64,000 bases of DNA from Callorhinchus milii. Taxonomy: Eukaryota. Below, piece after piece: positions 1 through 11,826 of the stretch. Position 1 is the stretch's first letter; every line of letters begins with the position of its first letter. The notes under the pieces were generated by a model. That model saw nothing but the letters and a program-made list of their open reading frames with translations, did no database searches and had not been told where the DNA came from. The stretch spans positions 137,084,001-137,148,000 of the forward strand of contig NW_024704742.1 of assembly GCF_018977255.1 (NCBI RefSeq). The letters are read 5' to 3'. The position numbers were made by a program, and so were the translations under genes.

Positions 1-44
1 AGATTTCTCTCTGTAGACGACGACTTATATGGCACCCTCCACCT

Positions 45-338
45 AGGGCAGCATCTCAGAGCGCTGAACAGTGACTCCGAGTCGGGTGGGGGGTGGGAGG
101 GGTGGAGGTGGCTGTAAGCACAGGCGAAGAGGAAGGTTTTCAGGCAGGTCTTCACAAAGGGGAGAGAGGGGGCAAGGCGGAGGGATTGAGCGAGAGTGTT
201 CCAGAGTTTCGGGGCGTAGTGGCCGAAAGCACAACCTCCGATGGTGGGGCATATGGCGGGAGGGACGAGCAGAAGGCCAGAGCCAGTCGAGTGGATTAAG
301 GAGTGAGGAGGTCGTAGACATTAGTAACACTCTCACTT
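45..338 (-). mobile_element. L2 LINE 3' fragment (ORF2 C-terminus and 3'UTR)
   Basis: Reverse strand reads like the end of L2 ORF2 (..APKLWNTL..) followed by the L2 tail; homologous to the other L2 ends in the window. Confidence 0.8.
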
Positions 339-785
339 AATAATAATCCTTGCTTTTGATTTAGCGCCTTTTCACGTCTTCAAGACGTCTCAAAGCGCTT
401 CACAGGATAATAATAATAATAATATACTGACTGTAAAGTGACTTGACGGTAGATTTTGTGGGCGAAAGTAGCCACGTAGTAATGACACACAAACAGCAGT
501 TAGAGTGAGTGAACATTTTATTTGGGGGATTGTCAGCCAGGACACCGGGGGAGAGAAACTCCCTTCTCTTTTCAAATAGCGCCACAGGATATTTAATATC
601 CACCTGAACAGGCAGACGGGATTTTGGTTCAACGTCTCATCCGAAGTCCAGCGCCTCCACAAGAATCCACAATGTATCAGAGCGTCACCTTAGAATGTGT
701 CATTCCAAATCCTGATGTGGGGCTTGAACCCAGAGCCTTCGGACTCCGAGGCAAGAGCATTACCACCGAGCCAGACTGACACATA
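339..785 (-). mobile_element. tRNA-Deu-L2-tail SINE, family B (SacSINE1-like)
   Basis: Head gtcagtctggctcggtggtaatgctcttgcctcggagtccgaagg..gggttcaagcccc on minus; core ttcaggtggatattaaatatcctgtggcgctatttgaaaagagaaggg; (ATT)n tail. Confidence 0.85.
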
Positions 786-787
786 CA

Positions 788-1116
788 GAGGTGCTCATTG
801 CTAATATCAGTCTATATAGAGGTGCGCATTGCTAATATCAGACTATATAGAGGTGTCATTGCTAATATCAGTCTATATAGAGGTGCGCATTGCTAATATC
901 AGACTATATAGAGGTGTCATTGCTAATATCAGACTATATAGAGGTGTCACTGCTAATATCGGACTATATAGAGGTGCTCACTGCTAATATCAGACTATAT
1001 AGAGGTGCTCACTGCTAATATCAGACTATATAGAGGTGTCACTGCTAATATCGGACTATATAGAGGTGCTCACTGCTAATATTGGACTATATAGAGGTGC
1101 TCACTGTTAATATATG
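788..1116. repeat. 30-31 bp minisatellite, about 10.5 copies (gaggtgctcactgctaatatcagactatata)
   Basis: Direct tandem units visible. Confidence 0.95.
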
Positions 1117-1240
1117 GAGGTGTCGCTGCTGACGTCTGCACAGTGCTGCCCGCTGTTTCTTCTGACACTAACTTGTCTGTGGGAAACATGTCCCATTTAC
1201 CGGGTTGTGCTGTGTTGCTCTTCAAGAGATAGATGATGGA
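1117..1240 (-). repeat. Unclassified ~130-bp dispersed module (X)
   Basis: Reverse complement matches 4588-4703 and 9448-9568 (tccatc..gaagagcaacaca..aagttagt..gcagcactgtgc..cacctct). Confidence 0.75.
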
Positions 1241-1580
1241 TTCCCGTAGTGTCGTGGTTGGCGCCCTCACCTCGCAAGCGAGAGGACCCAGGTTTGATTC
1301 CCGGGCGGAACTTTAGCCGAGTTTCCTTACTCGACACGCCCTTGTTTATCTCGCCTTAAGTAGAAACCGGGCGATTGGTGGATTGTTTTGAGGAGGTAAT
1401 AATCCCTCCAAAAAAAACACAATTGATCCCTCAATCCGCGGTTGTTTGTGGGAAGCCGCTGTGCGCAATTGGCTGCTGCCTTTCGCTCGCAAATTACACG
1501 GTCACTCCGCTTCACAATATATTCTGTGAGGCGCTTTGAGCCGCCTCGTCGACGTGAGAATGTGAGGATTATTATAATTG
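1241..1580 (+). mobile_element. tRNA-headed SINE, family A
   Basis: Head ttcccgtagtgtcgtggttg..cctcgcaagcgagaggacccaggtttgattcccggg; Deu-like gctgtgcgcaattggctgc; L2-like tail. Confidence 0.85.
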
Positions 1581-2004
1581 TTGTGTTCAGGTGTCTCGAG
1601 TTCTTTTGGGTGCTGTTGCTCACGGGAACCACAAGGTGGCGACACAGGATGAGACCAGGACGATGGGTGCTGCGGAGGCTGGTGGCCGCTGATGTCTCTC
1701 TGGCTCGCAGTGCGCGGAGGGCAATTTGGAGCAATTAACAGGGACTATTACGGCTGTGATAATTAGCGTTCTCGCGAAATTAAGACCCATTCGATGGGTT
1801 TACTGCGAGTGGCTTGTGTCACTGCCTTAAGTACGCTTTTCCAGCTCATCGGAGCCGTGAAGGGTAACAACTGTTGAGTTTCGTGGGTCACGTGTGGTAA
1901 TTCAGGCAATGGGAAGCCACCGAACCATAATTACAGGCTCCGCAGGATTCCCACATGGGACGTTACTGTCTTCGACGACTTTATTGCCTTTATCTTTCAT
2001 TCTG

Positions 2005-2104
2005 TTGCATTGTCAGAGACGCTGTGATTCGGATGAGACTTTAAACTGAGCTCCCCGTCTCTGCTCAGGTGGACATTAAGGTCCTTTTGAAAAGAGAAGG
2101 GAGT

Positions 2105-2141
<37 letters not shown>

Positions 2142-2345
2142 CTCTCTCTCCCTGTGTCCTGGCCAACAATACTCTAAATAAAAAATCGATCACTCACTCC
2201 TTGACTGTTGGTGGATTCACTGCTGTGTGCAACTAGCTGCAGTGTTTCGCCCACAAAATACAGTCACTACAATTTATAGTGTAGCCTGTGAAGCGCTTTG
2301 AGACGTGTCAAAGACGTGATAAGGCACTATATCAAATACAAGGAT
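2005..2345 (+). mobile_element. SINE family B, 5'-truncated, with internal (CT)n
   Basis: ggatgagactttaaactgag..caggtggacattaagg..gtcctggccaacaat..tail. Confidence 0.8.
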
Positions 2346-2467
2346 TCCCATACACGATAAGGCACTGTAATAATAATCCTTTCATTTGATATAGCACCTT
2401 ATCATGTTAGGTTGATTGACTGTGTATTTTGTGGTTTGTGTCCCACAAACAGTCGTCAAATGCAAGG

Positions 2468-2501
<34 letters not shown>

Positions 2502-2777
2502 CTGAGGATCATGTGAACAGGAGGATCAGTGGTTAAGCATCTCAGCTGGGGGGAGCTGCGGGGAGCACTGCATTGTCGGAGGTGCTGTTCTTCGGATGAG
2601 ACGTTCATCTGAGGTTGCGGGTGTCTGTTAAGGTGGACGTTAAAGATCCTGTTGCTGTATTTCTCCGGGCATCTTGGCCAACAATCCCCCAGACAATCCC
2701 CCAGTGCTGGTGGGACATTGGTGTGAATCACCTGTGGCTGTCACCTGTATCCTGTGAAGCTCAATGATATGTTGTAT

Positions 2778-2925
2778 CATGAGAATTAGGAGCAGGAGTA
2801 GGCCATTCGGCCCTTCGTGCCTGCTCCGCCATTCAATAAGATCATGCCTGATCTTCTCACCTAACTCTGATTACCTATAAGAACATAAGAATTAGGAGCA
2901 GGAGTAGGCTATTAGGAGCAGAAGT
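2778..2925 (-). mobile_element. CR1 LINE 3' tail fragments
   Basis: aattaggagcaggagtaggccattcggccc..gccattcaataagatcatg is the reverse complement of the CR1 tail at 49515-49585. Confidence 0.8.
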
Positions 2926-3499
2926 ATCGAAATGCAATGACTATTATTATCTCCTCCAGCTCTCTCCTGACCACCACCCACCCCCACACCCTCCTCCTTC
3001 GCTCTGTGTGGGTAGAACGCAAAGTCTTTAGATGTGATCGATTTGAAGATCTTGGACACAGGGAACAACTGCCTTCTCATTTCCGAAACTTTCCAGGTCA
3101 TGTTATGATTTCCAAACCCAAGCCGAGATGGGGAGTTTGTGCACATTTGGGCGAGTGGGGGGGGGAACTGTGACGTCAACACAATAATAATAATAATGAC
3201 TCTTGCATTTGATATAGCGCCTAATCATGTCTAACTTGCCCAGAGTTTCTCCCTGCCCGAGTATCGAACCTGGGTCCTCTCGCTTGTGCACTAACGCTGA
3301 GCTACAGGACACCAAGGTCCGTTTTAGCATTTGAGGCAAATCCGATTGCTCTGTGCAGTCGCCCCGAGCGAGCAGAGCCTCGGAGTGTGTCTGGCTGGGA
3401 GGCCGATGCCATTATTGCTGGTAATGGAGCCCGGCTCAGCCATCAGGGCAAACCGTCCCCTATTTCACATCCTCTTTCTTTCACGTCCGTCTTACCCCA

Positions 3500-3815
3500 C
3501 GTCTTGTCCACTGCCTCCATTCAGCAGACTCTGGCCACCGCACTTTCAGCCTCTCTCTACCTCCACCCTCTGGAACTCCATCCTACAGTCCCTTCGCTCT
3601 CTCTCTCTCTCTCTCCCTTCCTTGCCTCTTTTAAAGCACGTATCAAAGACCCTCCTCTTTGACCGCACCTTCGGTCACCCTCCTACCCCTACCCTTCCTG
3701 CCCTCTAACCCTCCTGATACCAACCCCCAGCTCAGGTCCAAATCCCTGACTGTCCAGCGCCTTAGGATGTCCTCCAGACGTGAAAGGTGCTGTGTAAATG
3801 TAATTTGTTGGTGTT
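3500..3815 (+). mobile_element. L2 LINE 3' fragment
   Basis: ctctggaactccatcctacagtcccttcgc..aagaccctcctctttgacc..gactgtccagcgccttaggatgtcctcc..tgtaaatg. Confidence 0.8.
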
Positions 3816-4334
3816 GTCTCGGTTCAGTCCTCTTTCCCTGCCTGCCCTTTTCTAGCTGGAAATGACCGCCTTTCCGATCTCTTTCCCCCATCGACTTTGG
3901 CCTCTTGCTCCCCCCCCCAGCACCCCCCAGCCCCCCACCTCCTTAATGCGAAGTGCCGTTCTTTGTATCACCAGTTTAATGAGAGTGAAACCATTGTGTT
4001 TCTCCTGAGCGCTTGATGTAATCGAGGCTAACCTGTAGGAGCTGTAATTATCAGCTGTCTGTTGGAGATGTTGGTGTGAGCCTCGCTCCCCTCTCCTCAG
4101 TGACAGCCAGACCCACATGTGTGTGGTGGGTCTCTTTCTCTCTCTCGTCAGATGATTGTGGGTTCAAGCCCACAATCCAGGCTGATTCTCCAGCGCATTT
4201 CAATGGGTTTCGTTGCACAACACACCCAGGACTGCATCTAATGAAGACCGTTGCTCTAACACTGAGACTCTCACTGAGATTATCACAGACTCACTCCCTG
4301 GTTAGAGGGGAAAGTTTGCAGCCTTTGCTGAGAC

Positions 4335-4570
4335 ATTCCTGTAGCATAGCGATTAGAGCACTCGCCTCGCAAGCAAGAGGACTCACGTTCGATTCCCAGG
4401 CAGGGAAGTTTCCTTACTCCACACACCTCTAGTACATTGTTAGTTGGTTGGCGGATCACTTTCTGGGAATAATAACCCCTTCAAAAAATAATAATAATAA
4501 CTTGGTCCCTCAATCCCCGTCTGTTTGTGGGACGCTGCTCTGCGCAATTGACTGCCGTGTTTCTCCGAGC
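4335..4570 (+). mobile_element. SINE family A (3'-truncated)
   Basis: tRNA-like head cctgtagcatagcgattagagcactcgcctcgcaagc; family A body. Confidence 0.75.
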
Positions 4571-4587
4571 GCAATAAACGCTTCGGG

Positions 4588-4703
4588 ATTCCATCGTGTC
4601 TCGAAGAGCAACACAGCAGAGCCCCGTAAGAGGGACGAGAAGTTAGTCTCACAACATTTGGAGAGCAGCAGTGTGCAGATATTAGCAGTGAGCACCTCTA
4701 TAT
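4588..4703 (+). repeat. Module X, directly upstream of a family B SINE head
   Basis: Similar to 1117-1240 (minus) and 9448-9568. Confidence 0.7.
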
Positions 4704-4728
4704 GTGTCAGCCCGACTCTGTTATAGCG

Positions 4729-4761
<33 letters not shown>

Positions 4762-5195
4762 GCCTCTTTGAGTCAGAAGTGGGTTCAAGACCCACGTCAG
4801 GACTTAGAATCACACAGTCTGGGCTGATGCTCCAGAGCTGTGGGCGGGGAGGGTGGTTCGATTGTCGGAGGTGCTATCCTTTGGTCGAGATGTTAAACCG
4901 AGGTCCGTTCTGCCTGTTCAGGTGGATGTTAAAGATTCCATGGCGCTGTTGTAAAAGAGAAGCGAGTTAGTTTCTCTCTCCCGGTGTCCTGGCCAACAAT
5001 TCCCCAAATCTTCCCTCGCTCCGCGCCTGTTTGTGGGACGCTGTTTGCTGTGCGCAATTGGCTGCCGCGTTTCGCCCTTAAAATACACAGTCAATTCACT
5101 TGACAGTACATCCTGTGAAGCGCTTTGAGACATCTCAACAAAGTGATAAGGCGCTGTATCGGATGCGAGGATGATTTTATTATTATTATTATTAT
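4704..5195 (+). mobile_element. SINE family B, full length, (CT)n expanded in head
   Basis: gtgtcagcccgactctg..(CT)n..gagtcagaagtgggttcaag; core; Deu-like domain; (ATT)n tail. Confidence 0.9.
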
Positions 5196-5769
5196 TCACT
5201 GCGATAATTAACACAGGGAAGCAGTTAGAAACAGGCCTCACGAGTGGGAAGAAACTCAGCCATTGCCTGGTGTTGGTGCTGGTAGTGAAATACGTTGACT
5301 TGTACGAGAGACAGAGACAGACAGAGCGATAGAGAGAGAAAAGAATTCAATCTATTTGGGTTTGATGTATTGTTGAGGTTGTGGGATGGGGGGGGGGGGT
5401 GGGGTGGGAGGAATGAATAGAGATACACATCCAGGTCGTTGGCTCTCCTGACCTCCCAGCAATAAGACACGCTTGTTTTTGGCAGAAATAGAAGTGTCTC
5501 TCTCAGCGAGTGACTGATTGCTCCCTCCCGCACGCTCTCAGCTCTCGATGACAAAGCACAGTCCAGCTCGCACATCCATTATCTGCCGCGCTCCCTCCCC
5601 CCCCCCCTCCTACTCCCCCTCTCCCCCCTCTCTCCCTCCTCCCCCCAGGCCAGAGCATCAATAACAGGCTGACTCCCTGCTGTACAAACACCGCCTCTCT
5701 CTCTCTCTCTCTCGCTCTCCCGCTCTCTCTATCTCTATACCAAAGAGTGTCCTCTCCCACTCCGTGACC

Positions 5770-6200
5770 CCATCACCCCCACCCTCTCCCAGCTCCACTG
5801 GCTCCCCATCCCCCAGAGGATCAGGTTCAAATTCTCGTCCTCACTTTCAAAGCCCTCCACAGCTCCTCCCTACCTCTGTGACCTGCTAACCCCATGTCAA
5901 CCTGTCCGTTGAGGCCTGCTTCACGTCCCCTGCCTTGCCCGGCCCACCCTCTGCGATCAGGCCTTCAGTCTCTCCGCCCCCACTCTTTGGAACTCATCCC
6001 ACAGTCCCTTCGCCTCACTCCCTCCCTTGCCTCCTTCAAACCACCTCTTCGACGGTGCATTTGGCCACCCTCCTAATCCCTTACACTCCCTGCCCTCTCC
6101 ATCCCTCCTGATCTCAACCCCCAGCTCGGGTCCAAATCCTTGGCTGTCCAACACCTTGGGATGTCCGAGAGGCACTGTGTAAATATAATTTGTTGTTGTC
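5770..6200 (+). mobile_element. L2 LINE 3' fragment
   Basis: Encodes HWLPIPQRIRFKILVLTFKALH-like L2 ORF2 end; ends in (TTG)n tail. Confidence 0.85.
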
Positions 6201-6343
6201 GTGTCACTACAGAGGATATTCAATAGAGATCACATGCCGGAGCTAGCCACATTCCCAATCTTTTTGAGGGGAGAACAGGGGGAGAGCAATTCCTCAGAGC
6301 ATCCCCCACGGAATCAGGCCCCCCCCAACCAGGGGCCTGTATA

Positions 6344-6469
6344 TAGGGTGTCCACAAAGTTCTGTTACCCCCCCGTAAGTACTTACACTTACAATTCTCA
6401 TCATTCTTCCACAAGCTGTTGGTCAGAACGCGGTAGGAAAATGGGTAACACGACTTTGTGGACACCCTG
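6344..6469. mobile_element. Tc1/mariner-type MITE (126 bp)
   Basis: TIRs tagggtgtccacaaagttctgttaccc / gggtaacacgactttgtggacaccctg, with TA on both sides (6342-6343, 6470-6471). Confidence 0.85.
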
Positions 6470-7189
6470 TATCTTCTCCACACAAGCCCCCACTCCTCCG
6501 TTCCTCTCTACCTCCCACCAAATGTTCCTCATCACTCCTATGTTCAGTGAGTGGCCCTGTTTGAGTGTAAATTGAGTATAAACTGTATCGGACGCAACAA
6601 CAAGAAGAAGTTTCTCTTAAATATGTTGACGCTTTCTACTCCAACCACATCTCACGCCACTTTCTCACCTCCCTCTGTGCGGAGAAGTTCCTCCTAACTT
6701 CCCTATAAGATCAGCTAATAAGAGAGTTGGTTAGACTCCAACAGTTAACACCCCCCAATACACTCTCTGGGGTCCCCAAGCCTTGGCCCTGTTTGTACCT
6801 GTTCAGGTAGATGTTAAAGATCCCATGGCGCTACTAAGAGAAGAGAATTTCTCTCTCCCAGGGTCCGGGCTGACAATCCTCCCGATAAAATCTTTCACTC
6901 ACTTCACGGTTGTTTATGGGACATTGCTGTGCGCAGATTCACTGCCGCCCTTCGCCTGCAAATCACGAGACTTTATAGCAAACTACGTGAAGCGCTTTGA
7001 GACGTCCTCCCGACACGAAAGGAGTTGACACCGAAGTGAATTGGCTGTGAATTGATTATTATTTATTCTAAAGTAATTTCAGCGTCCATGAGCCAGAGAG
7101 AGAGAAAAAAAGACTGCAGAAGATCCCAGAAGGCTTTGGTAGTAGGTGCGGGGGGTTGGGGGGGGTTGGAAAAGAGGGAAAAGGGGGTT

Positions 7190-7510
7190 ATAAAGCACTC
7201 GCTTCATGAGTGAGAGGACCTGGGTTTGATTCCTGGGCAGCGCGAAACCTTAGGCAAGTTTCCTGGCTCCACACGCCTCAGTTTACCTAACGGAAAGTGA
7301 GAACCGGTTCAAAAATTACTAATTTGGTCACTCAATCCACAGCTGTTTGTGGGACACTGCTGTCCGCAATTGGCTGCCGCGTTTCGCCCACAAAATACGC
7401 AGCCAGTCCACTTTACAATATATTCTGCGAAGCTCTTTGAGACGTCTCAACGACGTGATAAGGCGCGATATCGAATGAGAGGAATATTAAATGCAAGGAT
7501 TATTATTACG
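7190..7510 (+). mobile_element. SINE family A
   Basis: gagaggacctgggtttgattcctgggcagcgcgaaaccttaggcaag..tail. Confidence 0.85.
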
Positions 7511-8048
7511 GGTATAAGCAGAGACGTGACCTGCTCTATTATTATTAAAAGCAACATTATATATATATATACATGTGTAGGGAGAGAGAGAGAATATGTA
7601 TAATTCCTTTTTAAAAAAGAAAACACATGACCCCTGAAACCTGGACTGGGTTCGTCTGTCTCTCTGTCATGTGGACTAATCTCTCCATTAGGAAGAGAGT
7701 GATTTACCACGGTGGAATATTGAGTGTATTTATACACAAGCTGCCAGATTTAAACTCCATTAAAAGCTCAGGATTTACTGTCTGTGCTCACACAGAATGC
7801 ATAAAGATGATTTCTAACCTCCCCCCCACCTTCCCTCTCCTCCCCCACCCCAACCACTCCCCCGCTTGACTGTGCTACTCTGGATTTTAGTACAAGGGAT
7901 AAGATAAACATCCCATCAACTCTTATTCTAGTGTTTAAGAGTCACTCAGACCTTCAGCCCGAGCTACGGTGCAATTAAGTGATTGCTGTTTTAAAATAAA
8001 GTCCAGCAACATGGCAGAGTAAGAGGACGATTTACCCTCTGCCTTTTA

Positions 8049-8405
8049 TGGAGCCCCGTAGTGTAGTGGTTAGTGTGTTCGCCTCGCAAGCGAGAGGACC
8101 CGGGGTTCGATTCCCGGGCCGGGCAAAACCTGAGGCACGTTTCCTTACTCCACACGCCTCTGTTTACCGAGCAGTAAGTAGGAACCCGGTTTTGATTCGA
8201 TTAGCGGATCGCTTTACTGGGGCAATAATCTCACCAGTGATCACGCAATTCATGACGGTTTGTGGGACCCTGTTGTGCGCAATTGGCTGCTGCGGTTCAC
8301 CCACAAAATATACAGTCAATTCACTTTATGGTATATAATGTGAAGCGCATTGAGACGTCTCAATATCGTGATACTATATCAAATGCAAGGATTATTAATA
8401 TTATT
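8049..8405 (+). mobile_element. SINE family A, full length
   Basis: ggagccccgtagtgtagtggttag..gggttcgattcccggg; body; tail. Confidence 0.9.
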
Positions 8406-9447
8406 ACGACAAGTCAATGGGGGCAGGGAATCCTCCTGCTCGGCTCCTGTTAACCCTGCAGCCAAAGCCCTAACGGTTAGGGTACACACACACATACACA
8501 TACACACACACATACACACAACAACAACAACTTGGATTTACTACAACAACAACAACTCGGATTTATATAGCACCCTCCACGCCGGACGGCGTCTCAGAGC
8601 TCTTTACAGTTTCGGATCCCAGGGCCGAGCCGGGGTGGGGGGGGAGGCAGTTAACACTGCCGAATAATTACCCTCACTGGGTCGTTCACGTCAGAGAGAG
8701 AGAGAGTTAGAGAGTGACTGGTACCGAGAGAGAGGCTGAGAAGCACAACAATAACAACTTGCATTTGGATAGCGCCCCTCACTCAGGACAGCATCTCAGA
8801 CACACAGATACACACACACAAACAGGGACAGAGAGACAGTGAATCAGAGAGAGCGACAGAGAGAGAGAGACACAGTGGATCTCGTGAAGTTTCAACGACA
8901 TGATAAGGCACAAGATCAAATGATTATTATTAACCTACACTTACACAGCGCTCTTCACCTTCCAAAGCACTTGACAAGGGTGGACTAATAGCTGAGCTGC
9001 GGAGAAGGGGAACGAAGACCAAAAGTGCGGTCAGAGTATTATTCTGGATTGACTTTCTCAATCTCATTCAGGGGCTTGCAAACCCATGTAAAGTCTCCGA
9101 GGAGACATCTCTTTTCCCGTCCTTCCTCCCAGCTCATCTCTCTCTCTCTCTCTCTCTCTCTAACACCAGCTCCCAGCGGAGGGAAGCTCAGGTAGGTTAA
9201 TCGCTGGCTGCTTCACAGTAACATTACTGAGGAAAGAAACCTCAGCCACTGAGTCGTACGCCGAGGGCTAACTCGCGGGATTTCTTCACCAGAATTTCTT
9301 AAGAAAGAATCCCAAATGGAACCTATTTATGTAAAGTGTTCCAAGACGTTCTGTCTAGATGTAAAATTGTTATAATAATAATCACTTGGGAGGTCAGCCG
9401 GTGATTATTATTATGTTATATTATTATTATTATAACCACCGAGGGAC

Positions 9448-9568
9448 TTCCATCATCTCTTGAAGAGCAACACACTACAAATGGGACACTTTTGCACACG
9501 GAGAAGTTAGTCTCGGTAATAAACGGGGGGGGCAGCACTGTGCGGATGTCAGCACTGACACCTCTAGA
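9448..9568 (+). repeat. Module X, solitary copy
   Basis: ttccatcatctcttgaagagcaacaca..agaagttagtctc..gcagcactgtgcggatgtcagcactgacacctct. Confidence 0.7.
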
Positions 9569-10417
9569 TTCACCTCCTTGGAGGACAAAAAGCTTAAGGC
9601 ATAAACACGTTGTTAACAATTTGACATCAGATAGAATGAGGCTGAGGGCATTTCTGGCAGATATAGCTAGACTGCGATAATTAAAATTAGTGTGTACATG
9701 CAACAGGTATACAGACAGGTACACACACACACACACATGTACACACACGTAGAGGTGCACATACCTGTATACACACAGATACAGGAATATCCACGAACAT
9801 GCAGGTATATATATATATACAAAAGGTATACACACAAACACATGTGTGGGGACACGTGTACACACACACACACACACACACACACACCCCATGATGAAAA
9901 TGAGCACTGTTAATATTTTAGTACTGACTGCAATTTAATCTTCGAGCGCTGAGCCGGCCGGTAAAGTCTGTAAAAGCTTTTTTTAAAGCACAGCAAAGAA
10001 AAGCTTATGTTATTCGAATCTGATAATCATTTTATAGGGGAAAAATATCTCGGGAAGTGATTGCTCTGTCTCGCACGCTCTCTCTCTCTCGCACTCTCAC
10101 TCTCGCTCTTTCAACTGCTAGCCCTCTGTGTTTCCCCTGGTTAAAAAGTGCTCTAAAGACAGGAATAATGGGTTATAAGAGTACTTAAAAGCTTATAGCT
10201 GGGAAACTTAAAACTCACAGGATTCGCTCCAAATCCCATCAGATTTTCTTGGTTTCCTATAAATCTTTAATCAGATCCCAGTGGCATTTTGACATCCACA
10301 AAATCTGTGATTAGAAAGCGTCCAAACAGCTGAAAGCGTTGACAGACAGCAATCAAGCCCGGTTTGACACAAGACAACAACAACATCTTGCATATATATA
10401 TATATATAGTAAAAGAT

Positions 10418-10720
10418 AGGAGTCCCATAGCATAGTGGTCAGTGCACTCGCCTCGCAAGCGAGAGGACCTGGGTTCGATTCCAAGGCAGGGCGAAACCTT
10501 AGGCAAGTTTTCTTACTCCACGCCCCTCTGTTTTCCAGCAGTAAGTAGGAACCCATTTACTAGCACCCAAAAAAAAATCACTCAATCCACCACTGCTGTG
10601 GGCAATTTGGAACCAATACTCAATCCACCTTACAATCACCCTAACCCTATATTTATCCTGTGAAGAGCTTTGAGACATCTCAACAACATGATAAGGCGCA
10701 AGGATTACTATTATTATAAA
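10418..10720 (+). mobile_element. SINE family A
   Basis: ggagtcccatagcatagtggtcagtgcactcgcctcgcaagcgagagg. Confidence 0.85.
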
Positions 10721-11354
10721 TTGGCTGCCGCATTTTTCCGTTTGCAAAATACACAGCCACTACGCTTTACGGTAAATCCTGCGAAGCACTTTGCGATGTC
10801 TTGCTAAGGTGAAAGGCACTTTACAGATGTAATTTTGTTGCTGCAGTTGTTGTATCAAATGCAAGGATTATTGCTGTTTCTTATTATTTATGAATTATTA
10901 TTGAATATTAATGATAATGAATTTATTATTATACAGTAGGAGATCATCCTCACATTTGAACCGATGTTTACCAAGTATCTCAAAGCCCTTCACATGGAAT
11001 CAGTCACTTTGCGGGGGACACTGTATTTTGTAGGCGAAACACGATAGGCAAGTTTGCACACAGCAACATCATACAAACAGCCATGAAGAGAGTGATCAAT
11101 TTTATCTGGGAGGATTGTCGGTCAGGACACTGGGAAAGGAAAACTCCCTTCTCTTTGCCAACAGCCTCGTGTGTTGGGTTACAAGGTGATTAGACACATA
11201 TTTCAGTGAGAATTAAGGAATGGAATGCATTTAACAAGACTGGAACATCGACCCCCACAAATACAGAGATCTCAGCTCAGGCCGTCAGCTCTGTGATGTG
11301 CTCACTCGCCAAATCCACTCCCAGTTCCTTTCTCCTTCCTGTTTTATCGAATTA

Positions 11355-11770
11355 ATAATAATATATAACAATAATCCTCGCATTTTGATATAGCGCCTCA
11401 TCACGTCATTGAGACGTCTCAAAGCGCTTCAGAGGGTACACTGTAAAGTGAATTGACGGTATATTTTGTGGGCAAAACGCAGCAGCCAATTGCGCACAGC
11501 AGTGTCTCACAAACAGTCGTGGAGGGAGCGACCAATTTTATTTGGGGAATTGGTGGCCAGGAAACTGGGAGAGAGAAACTTCCTTGTCTTTTCCTATGGC
11601 GTCATGGGAGATCTTTAACATCCACCTGAACCGGCAGATGGGACCTGGGTTTACCGTCTCATCCAAAGGACGGCACCTCTGACAATGCAAGACTCATTGG
11701 AAAATCAGCGTAGACTATGTGATCCCAAATCCCGACATGGGGTTTGAACCCACAACCTTCTGATTCAGAG

Positions 11771-11801
<31 letters not shown>

Positions 11802-11826
11802 TGCTACCACTGAGCCAGGCTGACAC
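11355..11826 (-). mobile_element. SINE family B, full length, (GA)n expanded in head
   Basis: Tail at 11355-11430; head taccactgagccaggctgacac at 11805-11826. Confidence 0.9.
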
